Below, one piece after another: positions 42,725 through 53,859 of a stretch of DNA of 64,000 nt (within the stretch, counting starts at the first letter, position 1; each line of letters opens with the position of its first letter). Below the pieces are notes generated by a model that was not told the origin of the DNA, ran no database searches, and was given only the letters and a program-made list of their open reading frames with translations. The position numbers were made by a program, and so were the translations under genes. The DNA is taken from contig SMSO01000004.1 of the NCBI GenBank assembly GCA_004764695.1, positions 2,046,001 through 2,110,000 on the forward strand, in the 5' to 3' direction. This DNA comes from Schizochytrium sp. TIO01 (taxonomy: Eukaryota; Protista; Bigyra: Labyrinthulomycetes).

Positions 42725-44185
42725 ATGAGCAGCAACAGAAGGATTCGGACATTGTTAGGACATCTGCGGAGCGGCAGCGAGATCAGTGGCAGCGGTAGTA
42801 GTTTTCTTCATTTGCAAAGAGGCTTGAGAAGTAAATCCACCATGGCGGCTAGCAAAGATTTCTATGATGTGGTTTGCGTCGGTGGCGGCAACTCTGCGGG
42901 ATACCTGGCGAAGAACCTCGTGGACCTGGACTACACAAAGACCAAGAAAGTCGCCATCGTTTGCGGTGAGCCCGTGCCTCCGTATGAGCGCCCGGCGCTC
43001 TCCAAGGCATTTTTGCACCCACCCGACGCCAAGGTCCGTGCACGCTTGCCTGGATTCCACACGAGTGTTGGTGGAGGCGGAGAACGCCAGCTCCCAGAGT
43101 GGTATGAAGAGCACAACATCGATCTCTTGACGAGTACCAAGGCAATTGCCTTGAACGCTGAGGGGAACGAAGTTACCGTCGAAGGACACGGAAGCACCTA
43201 CAACATCCGCTTCGAGAAGCTCGTGTTAGCCACCGGAGCCAGAGCCCTCACACCAGCTGACATTAAGACTGAGAACTCAGACCTCGGTAATGTATTTACG
43301 ATTCGTGAGGAGGAAGAGACACGTCAGCTTGTTAACACCCTAGAGGCCAACAAAGATGCCATCAAGAACATTGTCATTGTTGGAGGTGGCTACATTGGTA
43401 TGGAAACTGCCGCCGCATTCAGCGGCTGGGGCTTTAACATTACTATGGTCATGCCAGAGGACCAGCTCATGCAGCGCCTCTTTCCTAAGGAGGTTGCAGA
43501 GGTGTTTGAAAACTACTTCAGTGCCAAGGGCATCAAGGTTCACAAGGGCAACTCTGTGACAGGTTTGGTCCCTAGCAAGGATGATGAAAAGGTTGTTGGA
43601 GGTGTTAAGCTTGACTCCGGAGATGTCATCGATGCCGAGGCCGTGATTTATGGTGTGGGTGCTCGCGTCGACACCTCCCTGGCCGAGGATTTGGTGAAGA
43701 CTGGCGAGGGTCGCACCGGAGGCTACGCCGTGAATGGATCCTTCCGTACTTCAAAGGAGAACATTTTTGCTATTGGAGACATTGCTGCTGTAAATGGCAA
43801 GCAGCGCTTCGAACATGTTGACTTTTGTCGCAGAAGCGCCGCCCAGGCTGCCAAGGCCATTGTGGAGAACGGCGACGTGCCTGACATGAATTACCTTCCC
43901 TACTTTTACTCTCGCCTGTTTGAGTACACTGACACTCCTCTTATTTTTCAATTTTATGGAAACTCTGACACCTCTGGTGATGTTTCCGTCAAGACTTTTG
44001 GGGATCTCAAGGGCGCGCTCAGTACAGGCGCTAATGAAAAGGTGCCCGGCTTTGGTGCTGCGTGGGTAGATTCCTCGGACATTGTAAAGGGTTTAATGTA
44101 CTGCAATGGCTCTCCTGAGCAGTACGAGAAGGCCAAGACTGCTGTGGTTGAAAGCGCGAAGTTCTCATCTACTATGCTTGACTAA
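42725..44185 (+). CDS. MDAR: Monodehydroascorbate reductase (FAD/NADH-dependent)
   Basis: VCVGGGNSAGY, MDHAR signature PYERPALSKAFL...ARLPGFHTSVGGGGERQLPEWY, LVLATG, IVGGGYIGME, IFAIGDIA, RFEHVDFCRRSA and YLPYFYSRLF. In-frame ATGs at 42725 and 42842. Confidence 0.92.
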   Translation: MSSNRRIRTLLGHLRSGSEISGSGSSFLHLQRGLRSKSTMAASKDFYDVVCVGGGNSAGYLAKNLVDLDYTKTKKVAIVCGEPVPPYERPALSKAFLHPPDAKVRARLPGFHTSVGGGGERQLPEWYEEHNIDLLTSTKAIALNAEGNEVTVEGHGSTYNIRFEKLVLATGARALTPADIKTENSDLGNVFTIREEEETRQLVNTLEANKDAIKNIVIVGGGYIGMETAAAFSGWGFNITMVMPEDQLMQRLFPKEVAEVFENYFSAKGIKVHKGNSVTGLVPSKDDEKVVGGVKLDSGDVIDAEAVIYGVGARVDTSLAEDLVKTGEGRTGGYAVNGSFRTSKENIFAIGDIAAVNGKQRFEHVDFCRRSAAQAAKAIVENGDVPDMNYLPYFYSRLFEYTDTPLIFQFYGNSDTSGDVSVKTFGDLKGALSTGANEKVPGFGAAWVDSSDIVKGLMYCNGSPEQYEKAKTAVVESAKFSSTMLD

Positions 44186-45959
44186 ACTTATCCTATCTAT
44201 TTCTTCTAAATAGTTCAACCATTTTCCAGAATAAAATATAAAGTATATCGTTCTTCGCCAGGACCATTTGATAGCGATCCATTTAGGATAACCGATTGAC
44301 ACCACAAATTGAAACCACACCGCCATTGATGCATTTAGCCATAGCAGTTGCCAAACAAAAACATATTTTAAGAAATCCTCAGAATGCGACGCAAACAAGA
44401 ATGGTAAGAGTATCTCAATAAGATACAACGCGGAAACCGCTTTCTTCGTAATTACTGACTAGACGGCTTGCCTTTACTCTTTTCCTCTTTCTAATAGTGG
44501 AGTTTGCAGCTTGTTTTGAATTCAATTTGGCCCCGTGCTTTCCTTCTTTAAAACCTAACAATAATCATTTAGAAGTAGCTTTCCCACGAATAATGTGATA
44601 CTTGCCTTGGCGTGATGAGCTCAATGTAAGGACGCCATGAAAAATGTTTGATTAGAGTAGAAACATTGTGAGAATGTTGGTAACAATATGTCATTACTGC
44701 TGTAAGATAAGGGCTAAGATTGCATGGGAGAGTAGAAATGGGCTGTGCAAACTTGCGTCAATGATTCGCAATAGTAGATCTATATGTGTGTGCTAAACTC
44801 TATATAAGAGGCGCACTGGAATGTTGAGCTGCAAGAAAACAAACCTCTTCAAGTTTTATTATTATAAGAACTAATTAGAAAAAAATAAGCTTTTTTTTCT
44901 ACTTTCTGAATGACTTTTAAAAGCTTTTCGCCATTTGAATTCGATATGTCAGGACTCTCAACAACAATATGTGTCATGAGGAGCAAGACGATTTTAAGCA
45001 AGAGCTTCAAGCTTCTTAGGGCACTAAGTCGATGCTGTAGTGTCCTTGCCTCCTTAGAACGGATTATCAATACATATATGTATATAAAACATATGTATAG
45101 GGCCTATATATTCAATTTTATTTTAATGCAGGAAAGAAACCGCTAACATTTTAATTCGTGATAAAAAACAAAAAAACATAAACACTTTCTCATTTGAATA
45201 GCATGTCCAGATTGAGATTCGTGTATAATGATTAAGGCGCTTTTTAACATGTAGAGAAGGATGGAGAGGGTTATTTTTTCTTTCGGCAGGTTCGAAAAAG
45301 AACAAGTATTTGACCTTTTTTTTTTTCTATTCGACCGTTGCTTAATTAAGGCATCGCTGCTTTGCCAAAATTCAATTTTGCGCTATAAAAGACTAATTCT
45401 TCCTCTTTTAAGAGTCTGAACAAAATGTAGATGCCGCAGTGAACATTTGGGGGTTCCCAAGGGATGTGCACGTGTCTTCCATATTATCCACTATTCTTAA
45501 AATGCAGCATGAAAACGTACAAAAGTCATTAAAAAGGAACTATACAATCGGAAATAATCAACAAACATTGTTTTGACAGTTATATACCTATTACTGGTGC
45601 AATTTCCGTTGGCTCCAATTTAAAATGCCTGGGGAACACGCGGGTTTTACTTCTTGATTTTCACGCACTTGGCGAGCTGAAAGATCGCTATCACAAATGA
45701 ATGGCGATGCATAACTGCTAATCCTCCAGCTGGTCTTATCTAGTTCAGAATAGATACATATTCATTGACTCGCCAAATATCCTACTGATCTAACCCTTCG
45801 GTGCAGGAGGATCATCTATGCACTAAGTTCAACGGAGAGCGAACAAATTGCAATCAACAGAACGGAGTTAATTTGTGTGCATTACGACTCTAACAGCATT
45901 ATCAAGAGCATGTTGGTATAAGCGAGCTCTTCAAAGTCCTTCAACAAGAGAGTTTAAGA

Positions 45960-46937
45960 ATGCTAATTACAAATACCTACGCATTGATACTCTTCCGACG
46001 TATGGAAAATTTCACTGAAGAAAATGGCGAGATCAGACTGTTTCCAGATGTTAAGTCGCCTAGAACCTTCGAGATTCCTCGCTATGTAATGATTCTACTC
46101 TCATGTTGCTGTGTTATTCATGCGTTGTTAGTATTGAGAATTACATTGCCATTCGGAAATTTGTATAATGGCCCCCGACGCGTGATTGTCAACATGTTTC
46201 TTGTTAAATTATTGGCTGTTATTATTCTGCAGTCCTGGAATCTTGTACTTCTGGCAGGGCATCTCTCATGGCTCGCGTGTCGCTGGAGTGGACGGCTAGA
46301 ACTTATTTTTATTATTATTGCTGCCATAGCTCAACTGTACCTATATCTTTGGCGCGCGAAATCTGTATCCACGTTTATGCCGAAATGGTTTAAAAAGTAT
46401 TTACAGATGCAGTCTGTTGGAGTGTTAATTCTAATACCTTTGACAATGCCCTCGCTCGCTTTATTCGAAGGTGTTCTGCTATTTCAAGAGAACTATTGCA
46501 CAATCAGTTATCATTTGGCGCTGAGTGTGGTGGGGATGTTCCTATTTATCGCAATGGCTATGAACATGCTATTTCTTTTCCTTTATCCTCTTGTCTATAC
46601 CACGCGAGCAATTATCTCCCAAGGCTCATTTTCGGACCAAAGCGATTCGGATGGATTTGAGAGTTCGCGTAAGAAAGCAGTCGCGATGATCGTCAGAGTT
46701 GGGCTTTTTAATTTCAAATTGTCCCTTATATCCATTTCTTATATTTTAGTGAACGCAGTACTTCTCGCCGCCATGTACACTCAGGATGTTGAAAATATTA
46801 ATGTGCAATACAAGCGATACACATTCCAATTCGTAGTGTCTGTCGATCATTTGATTAGCGTTAGGGTCATTCACTCCATGTACCGGAAAGTATTTAGAAA
46901 AGGGAGAGTGCGTCCTTCTGATACAGGGGGTGTGTGA
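45960..46937 (+). CDS. Seven-transmembrane (GPCR-like) protein, paralogue A
   Basis: About seven hydrophobic helices; Cys at the top of TM3 (WLAC) and in ECL2 (NYCT); FLFLYPL in TM5; clear similarity to 48595-49590. Start may be 46002. Confidence 0.78.
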   Translation: MLITNTYALILFRRMENFTEENGEIRLFPDVKSPRTFEIPRYVMILLSCCCVIHALLVLRITLPFGNLYNGPRRVIVNMFLVKLLAVIILQSWNLVLLAGHLSWLACRWSGRLELIFIIIAAIAQLYLYLWRAKSVSTFMPKWFKKYLQMQSVGVLILIPLTMPSLALFEGVLLFQENYCTISYHLALSVVGMFLFIAMAMNMLFLFLYPLVYTTRAIISQGSFSDQSDSDGFESSRKKAVAMIVRVGLFNFKLSLISISYILVNAVLLAAMYTQDVENINVQYKRYTFQFVVSVDHLISVRVIHSMYRKVFRKGRVRPSDTGGV

Positions 46938-47220
46938 TAAAAGAGTGCACTCTTTGTAATCTCTGTTCTTTGTTGGACTACTTCTGCAAAAAACAAGTTA
47001 ATGTGCAAGTCTAGCTAGCCTACTATGTATTTTGAATCCAGCTCTTGGAGAGTAGGAAAGTACTAGTATTATGAGTCAACTTACCTTTAAACAAACCGGG
47101 ATAGTTCTGTAAAGATTTTAATTATTTCTAAATCTGACTTCCATTTCTTCACATTTTCAGAATTATCCTTGTTAAGTTTCCACATGAGAAACGTTTGTGT
47201 GGCTATTTTAAGGAATATCA

Positions 47221-47294
47221 ATATAATAATATGAAGGGAAAGGAGTGAGATTAGACGATATAATAATATGAAGCGAAAGGGGTGAGGTTAGACA
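47221..47294. repeat. 37-bp tandem duplication (2 copies)
   Basis: ATATAATAATATGAAGGGAAAGGAGTGAGATTAGACG followed by ATATAATAATATGAAGCGAAAGGGGTGAGGTTAGACA. Confidence 0.9.
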
Positions 47295-48594
47295 ATGATA
47301 TAGAAGAACTAGAATCCATGATACACTATAATATCAAAGATGAAGCTTTCAGTACTCATTGTGAACTAGAAACAAAATTTTAAAATCCAAAGATATTTTA
47401 TTCGCGAATCTCTCAAACCCTTAAAATATTGAAGACTGGTTTTCATTGATGGTTCACTTTCGTTTGTTGCTGTAGCTGCCAGGATAAAAAATGAAGCTGC
47501 TTGGAGATTAGAATACACCAATAATACTACACAATCCTTTGGAAGCTAAAGGGTGTTAAGGTGAGCTTATAATGATATAAATGTATTCTGAGATATGAAT
47601 ATCAAAATTCAAAATTCTGCTTCACATTTATAGATTAAGAGACGTGACAGAATGCAAATCTAACGTCTCGGGACAACAGCAAGATATGGCGAGTTCTGTG
47701 CGACCAAAGTACTTTCATCTACGACCCATTCCTAAAGTCAGCAACTAACTTATTAATATACCTATATTTTATTGTTCCTCGCACCCATTAAGCCTTCTCC
47801 AAAATCTTTTCAATTCACCTTCGTTGGTCAGCTTCATGCCAGATAAGGATTGACTGATTTTCAATGCCATCAAATGTCCCTCACTCGATTCACATTTTCT
47901 CCTAGTCTTTATTGTGCTCTCGCCTAGATTATCACCCTTCAAAAACTTGATATTACTGCATGCGTAGATATTTGCATTGCATGTGTGTGGATGGCTTGTT
48001 GTTCTACCATTGATTTCTACTTTATGTCTTTTTTTTCTTTTTTTTAAAGATTCATCAAACAATGTCGAGCTGGTAACATCATAGGGATATGGTGTGGTTC
48101 AATATTTAATTCTGTTCCTGCGCATTGTCTATAGAAACTGTAAGCAAGAGTCATTTTTGTACAGTATATATTATAGGTATGGTAACAGTGTCTGACTATA
48201 TCGGTGCACATTGAAAGTAAGATAATTTATATTTTCTATCCGTTATTATTATTATCCAATTATTTGTTGTTCTTTTTAAAAATAGTCATATAGGATATAC
48301 ATGAAGAAGAAAAAACATGCTGAGGAATTGGTGTCGTGCGTACTTGAGGCTCTTTGCTAGGGCACAACGGTACAGCCCTTGGTTCCTCGATAGTGTGAAT
48401 CCAAAACTAAGTTAAAATGTACTATTTCTGTGCCTAGGAAAAGCAGCAACTTGCAAATTCCAAATTCTAAACTTGCTTAGCTCGAAGTGAAGTTTAGGTC
48501 TATTTGCAAGGTTCGATAGTGTAATGCTTGAACCCGAGCCTTGCGCCAGCTCCATGTCCAATTCTTTGCTATTTAGGCATTTGTAGTTTAAAAA

Positions 48595-49590
48595 ATGGGT
48601 TGGAAGGGATCCAAAGAGGATGTGATTCTTTTCTCAGATATTGAGGCCCCAGTCTCAGTCAAAGCTGTTCGAATAACTATTGTGTGCATGTGTTGTTTTG
48701 GCATCTGCATGAACAGTTATTTGGCTACCTTTGTTTTGAAAATTCGAAAAAAGGTGGCAACAGGTCAAAAGCAATTCTTATTGGAATATGCATTGCTGAT
48801 TGTGTCGCACATTATTGTCCAGACATGGAACCTTATTTTGATGACAAAAACATTTACTTGGTTTTCGTGTGATGGAAATGCACGCTTTCATCTTTTGGCA
48901 AACTCAATATCAGCAACGCTGCAATTTCAGCTCTATGTTCGTCGCGCTGAAGCGGTAGCATTCTATATGCCATCTTGGTTCAAAAGGATTCTACTTATGC
49001 AACGAATTGGCATGTGGATAATGCTACCCATAGGCTCAATCAATCTCCAGCTCTTTGAAGGGCGCTTATCATTTAAGGAACAACTCTGCACAGCGTATTT
49101 TCCACAATTTCTTACTATGCTTGTTACTACCATATACTCTTTGGTAGCCTTAAATCTTCTCTGTTTCTTCCTATACCCAGTTATTCAATATAGGCGCAAA
49201 ATCCATGAGGTAGTGGCCACCCCCCAAATCCATGTGAATGAATCAGCCAAAGCCCTGTCGCGTATGGCAAAACGTAATCTCAAGCTATCGACGATCTCAA
49301 TAACATTTAACCTTGTTGAGGCCGTGACATTTTATGTGTTCTATCCCAGCAGTGTAGAACTAAGTGAGCAGTACAAAAGATATTCGTTTCATTTTATAGC
49401 AATATCAGATACTTTAGTGTCTGGAATTGTCATAGCTCAAATGTATAAACATGTTTACCTTCGGATTGCAGCGAAAAATAATCGCATGAGGATAAATAGC
49501 AGTAGAGATATGGGGTTGAGGGCTGTCTCCCCAAAACTAGATCAACATGTACAACGTCGTTTATCCCAAAATAACTCAAGCACGCGTTGA
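48595..49590 (+). CDS. Seven-transmembrane (GPCR-like) protein, paralogue B
   Basis: About seven TM helices; shares QTWNL, MPSWFK, LFEG, FFLYP and QYKRY motifs with 45960-46937. Confidence 0.78.
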   Translation: MGWKGSKEDVILFSDIEAPVSVKAVRITIVCMCCFGICMNSYLATFVLKIRKKVATGQKQFLLEYALLIVSHIIVQTWNLILMTKTFTWFSCDGNARFHLLANSISATLQFQLYVRRAEAVAFYMPSWFKRILLMQRIGMWIMLPIGSINLQLFEGRLSFKEQLCTAYFPQFLTMLVTTIYSLVALNLLCFFLYPVIQYRRKIHEVVATPQIHVNESAKALSRMAKRNLKLSTISITFNLVEAVTFYVFYPSSVELSEQYKRYSFHFIAISDTLVSGIVIAQMYKHVYLRIAAKNNRMRINSSRDMGLRAVSPKLDQHVQRRLSQNNSSTR

Positions 49591-49854
49591 ATTTATATTA
49601 TTTGGTTTGTATGATATTTTAAATTAGGCTTATTTATTAGTCAAATATTTTCTTTAATTCGTCAGGCCCTTTTCACTTTCCGATAGTAGCCCCGCATGAC
49701 CTCGTTGAAAGCATTGGCTTGACTGAATAGTTGAGGGGAACCAAGAGCTCGCTAATTTAATAACACATGGAACCGAACTTAACAAGAGTACTTGCAGTAT
49801 CTTCCGGCTAGTCTAAAATAGAATCCCCAGAATCTCCGGCCATCAAGAAAGATT

Positions 49855-49879
49855 TGAGAGAGAGAGAGAGAGAGAGAGA
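49855..49879. repeat. (GA)n microsatellite
   Basis: Read directly. Confidence 0.85.
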
Positions 49880-49950
49880 CAAAGAGAGAACAGTCAGAAA
49901 TAATTATTATAGATGGAAATATAGCGAACCGGACTCCACGATTTTAAAGT

Positions 49951-51304
49951 TTACTTCTCGCCTTCTTCTTCCTCCTCATCGATTGCTCCAGGGTCACGGG
50001 GTTCGAGATCTTCTCCATACTGAGTGGCAGCATCAATATGTGACATCAGGTATTCAAAACTGGTTTCGCTCGTGATATCTAAGGGGATAAAATTGACAAG
50101 ATTATAATTGTCCAAGACCTCACAGATGGATTCACTAAGGTTGCGGAGGTTAGGGCTAACTGCGTTCTCCTCAAGAGAGGCCCGAAGCATGTGGGTCCCT
50201 GGATTGAAATATTCCGGATCATCTACGTTGAGGAACTCGCCATCTTCAGCCTCTTCCTCCTTCTCCTTTGCGGTTGCATCCTCATGATCGTCATCGGTGT
50301 CCTCGTCTTCACCTTCGTAATCTTGCATGTAATCTGCCCTGCGTTGCTTCAAAAGCTCCTCCTCAGCCTCAAGCGCTTTAAGGCGGTCCAGGGCAGCTTG
50401 ACCTCCGGTCTCTTCCATTTGATATCCAATAGTTTTGGGTCCTGCTCGTGGCCGGCGTCTCCGGCCGCCACCGAGTGTTTCCTTCTTTAGGTCACACTTC
50501 GTGACAACATTAACAGCTGCTGATTGAAGATTGAGCATTGAGGTTAATGCTAGTAGTGCACCAGAAATAAATTTGGAGGTGTCATCAATAAAGAGAGCAT
50601 CAATAACATGAACGACGCAAACGTGCATGTTCCATGATTGCAGGCGCTCAACGATGGTACGCAGCACCGGGATGTGTGTGTACAGCTCGACCTGACCAGG
50701 GCAGTCAAAAATAAAATATTCGTCATCAGATCCTCCTACATTGTCGAGTTCGTCTTTGAGCCACTCGATGTTGTCAACCAGGTGCTCCATACAAAACACC
50801 AGAGCTCCATTAGGTCCGAAGTCGAGCTCCTCCGTTACATCGCTCACACTGATCAGGTCTCTCACATCGACATCAAATGGCTGTTTTTCATCTTGCTCTT
50901 CGGTTCGCTCCTGACCTGGGTCCAAGTTCACCACTAGGGCAGGGAGCCGAGTGGAGATCGCGTTGAGATAGTTTTGAATGGCAAAGCAGTACGTTGATTT
51001 GCCCGAGCCAGCAGGCCCAATGACAACTTGGGCGTAGCGACCCTAAAAAACCATAGTAGATCTCGCTGATCTTCGTCAGTTTACCACTTGCTCTAAGCTA
51101 GATCCATCGCCATATCCTCGTTTACTCCCGCGCAGCATTCACAGGGAGGCTGCCTGAGGAATATGCGAAGGGAAGTCCACAGCCGTTCATCACCTTCGCC
51201 CCAGCAACATAAACAAGGAACCCGTATAGTTGGTGTTGCAAGGCTGTCTTTAAACTCTCACCTTCTGCTTTACATTCAGGATTTCATACACGCAAACGTA
51301 CCAT
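49951..51304 (-). CDS. GPN3: GPN-loop GTPase 3 (2 exons: 51304-51302 = ATG only; 51042-49951)
   Basis: Spliced start M|GRYAQVVIGPAGSGKSTYC, then VVNLDPG, LDFGPNGALVFCMEHL, FDCPGQVELYTH, SKFISG, TKCDL and IDAATQYGEDLEP. Intron GTACGT...TTTTTTAG. Confidence 0.92.
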
Positions 51305-51639
51305 TGTGCAGCACTACGCGAATCTGCGCGGTTGAATGAGCGGTCTTCTGCGAAGTTGTTGAGTGTTTGCCTACGTCTTCGTGCTTCCAGTGAATGGATG
51401 ACTTATCTTCTAACTAAGCTTATTTAAAGTTATTAGCTAACGAAAACTTTAGGAGGTCATCCCTTTTTTTAAAGAATTGCGGCGAAAATCAAAGATTTTC
51501 TCGTTGATAGGAGAAGTGTACCTATATAGCACATGGAAAGGGTACTAGTACCCGCCAGGTGAGGTTTGCAGAGGATTGTAAAGAAATATAAATTCATACA
51601 ATAGAGATCATCTGAATAGGACATACAGTGTCAGTAGGA

Positions 51640-53859
51640 TTACACTACGTTTGAGGGGCTAGAATTTCTTTGAACCTCTTGGTGAAAATTACTTCCTCGA
51701 TGGCGCTTTGTGACAGGAGGCGGGGCATTGTGAATAGTGCCATTTTCAGCTTCTGCTTCGATTTCAATATTTCTTTTTAAAGAAGGGCCGCTTCCTGGTC
51801 GTTTTAGATTAATATCATCTGCGTTGACATCTCCGTCGCGAAGCTGATCTGATGCTGCAGCTGCGACTAACAAACCAAGATTTTCCTCCTTGGTTTCTTC
51901 ATCATCAACTTCGGCTTGGGCATCGCGCTTATGCGCAATGCGGCGACTAGGAGAAGTAGCATTCATACTCATTTCGCAGTGGATGCTTGTAGATGTTGGC
52001 ACTGTCCCATCAGCATTGCCCGTAACTCTACTTTGTTTCCGTTCTCGTTCTCTATGCCCTCCAGTATTTCTTCCATCATCATAAATCTGCTGATGGGAAA
52101 TAGGAGCATGCTGTTTCGATGAGCCAGGGTCCCGTTTCTCAGCTGAACTATCCTCGTCAAAGGTTTCTGCCCAATTGATTGCACTTTCGCCAACGCTTTC
52201 CAAGGGTTCTACTACTCCATTTGATTTTGAAAACCCTCGACGACCACTTGGATGATCAACATGAAGCCCTTCATCCTCATCGTCAGCTAAGGGAAGATGA
52301 ATGTGATCATGATGGTCGTGGCTGAAGCGTTCATGCTCAGTCACCACTTCATGACTCTGTTGAATAGAGTGTAGTCCAGATACCCTTGCGCTCTGGTTAA
52401 GGTCCGATTGTATGCTCTCGTCTATGTGCGCATTATCAGTATCAGTGAATCTTGGCGCGTTACCATTATTGTGGGGAAGCTCTCTGGGGACATGAGACTG
52501 ATTGACAGCAAACTCGTTCAACTCGGAGTGTACGCCTGAGATAGAAGAATCTACGTCTTGCACTGTATCTCTTCGTGCACAGGATATAAAGTATGATGAT
52601 GAAGTTGCGATATCTGCATTTGTTAGTTGATGTGTAGTCCTTATCGACGTCGACGTAGACGAATTGGACGATGAAGCTGTTGCATTGTGTATCTGGTGAG
52701 ATTCATGTTCATCAAAGGCATTCCTGTGAACATCAACACCATCTCTGTCCTGCTCGTTGGGATGGTGTGGGAGCTGGAGGTGTTCAGTCTCATTGAATTG
52801 GCTGTTACTTTTAGCCAAGGTCGACGGGTCTGGGTCGTCGTAAGCATCGATTGCATCTACGCTGTCCTGTTGATGACGTTGGCAAAAACCAGTGCTTCGC
52901 TGTCGAATTTTCCAGCATCCCTCCATCTTACATCTTCCACCTCCGTGCAGTTTGCAGTAACCACCGCCAGCATTAAGTTGATCGCAGCCCCGCTCTTTGC
53001 ATATCGACTTTGGGGCGCCGTGGGAAATGCATAAATTCGAACCACTTACAGCAGAGCGAACGCAAGTTAGATTTGCGCAACGCCGTCCGCCTCCATGAGC
53101 AATACAAAACCCACCGCGCATTGCATGTTTTTTGCAATCGTCAATTTTGCAGCGGCGACCTGGTGCCCCGTGACTGATGCACCACTTCGAGCGGCTTTCT
53201 GCCGCTTTATCGCACGATGGATGCTGACAGCGATTGCCACCCCCATGCCGCTTGCACCTTCCGCCTTTGAGAGCTTTGTTCGTACACTGATCTTCCGAGC
53301 AGCGACGCTCCCGTGCACCATGTGCTACACAGACCTTAAATGAACCACGAGCCGCTTTCTCACATCCGGGATGGGAACACCGCTTCCCTCCTCCATGGCG
53401 AATACAAAGACCGCCGCGTTGAGCAGATTTCTCGCAGCCTGGTTTAGCACACCTTTTGGTAACTGCGCCATGACTTACACAATGATCAAAGCCACTGCGT
53501 GCTGATCGTGCGCATCCAGGTTGTTTGCATCGGTGCCCCCCACCATGTGAAATGCAAAGGCCATTACCTTGGCTTAGATGCTGGCAACCCTCAATTTCAC
53601 AACGTTTGCCACCGCCATGCGTTGTACATTTGCCCCCAAGGGCTTTCCATCCTTTACAGCCCTCCACATCACATTGCTTTGTTGTAGGCTGGCGGCTAGG
53701 ACGAGGGACACCGAGGTCCTCAGAACCGAGCACCTCGAGCTCTTGGGTGCTAATATTGTTCCCAGTCCCAGTATCAGCCACGTTCTTAGTCGAGCTAGCT
53801 GCGGAATCTGCAAAATAGTTGCTCGAATTTGTCGTTGCGACCTCGATTGGCTCACTCAT
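51640..53859 (-). CDS. WRKY19-like Cys3His repeat protein (11 C-x4-C-x9/10-C-x2-H units), putative transcriptional regulator
   Basis: Repeats such as CAKPGCEKSAQRGGLCIRHGGG; long disordered C-terminus with NLS-like KRP and KRHR. Confidence 0.88.
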   Translation of the reverse strand: MSEPIEVATTNSSNYFADSAASSTKNVADTGTGNNISTQELEVLGSEDLGVPRPSRQPTTKQCDVEGCKGWKALGGKCTTHGGGKRCEIEGCQHLSQGNGLCISHGGGHRCKQPGCARSARSGFDHCVSHGAVTKRCAKPGCEKSAQRGGLCIRHGGGKRCSHPGCEKAARGSFKVCVAHGARERRCSEDQCTNKALKGGRCKRHGGGNRCQHPSCDKAAESRSKWCISHGAPGRRCKIDDCKKHAMRGGFCIAHGGGRRCANLTCVRSAVSGSNLCISHGAPKSICKERGCDQLNAGGGYCKLHGGGRCKMEGCWKIRQRSTGFCQRHQQDSVDAIDAYDDPDPSTLAKSNSQFNETEHLQLPHHPNEQDRDGVDVHRNAFDEHESHQIHNATASSSNSSTSTSIRTTHQLTNADIATSSSYFISCARRDTVQDVDSSISGVHSELNEFAVNQSHVPRELPHNNGNAPRFTDTDNAHIDESIQSDLNQSARVSGLHSIQQSHEVVTEHERFSHDHHDHIHLPLADDEDEGLHVDHPSGRRGFSKSNGVVEPLESVGESAINWAETFDEDSSAEKRDPGSSKQHAPISHQQIYDDGRNTGGHRERERKQSRVTGNADGTVPTSTSIHCEMSMNATSPSRRIAHKRDAQAEVDDEETKEENLGLLVAAAASDQLRDGDVNADDINLKRPGSGPSLKRNIEIEAEAENGTIHNAPPPVTKRHRGSNFHQEVQRNSSPSNVV

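Noticed and set aside
47221-47294. 37-bp direct repeats as a possible CRISPR array
   Set aside because: Only two adjacent copies, no spacer, no cas genes, eukaryotic context.
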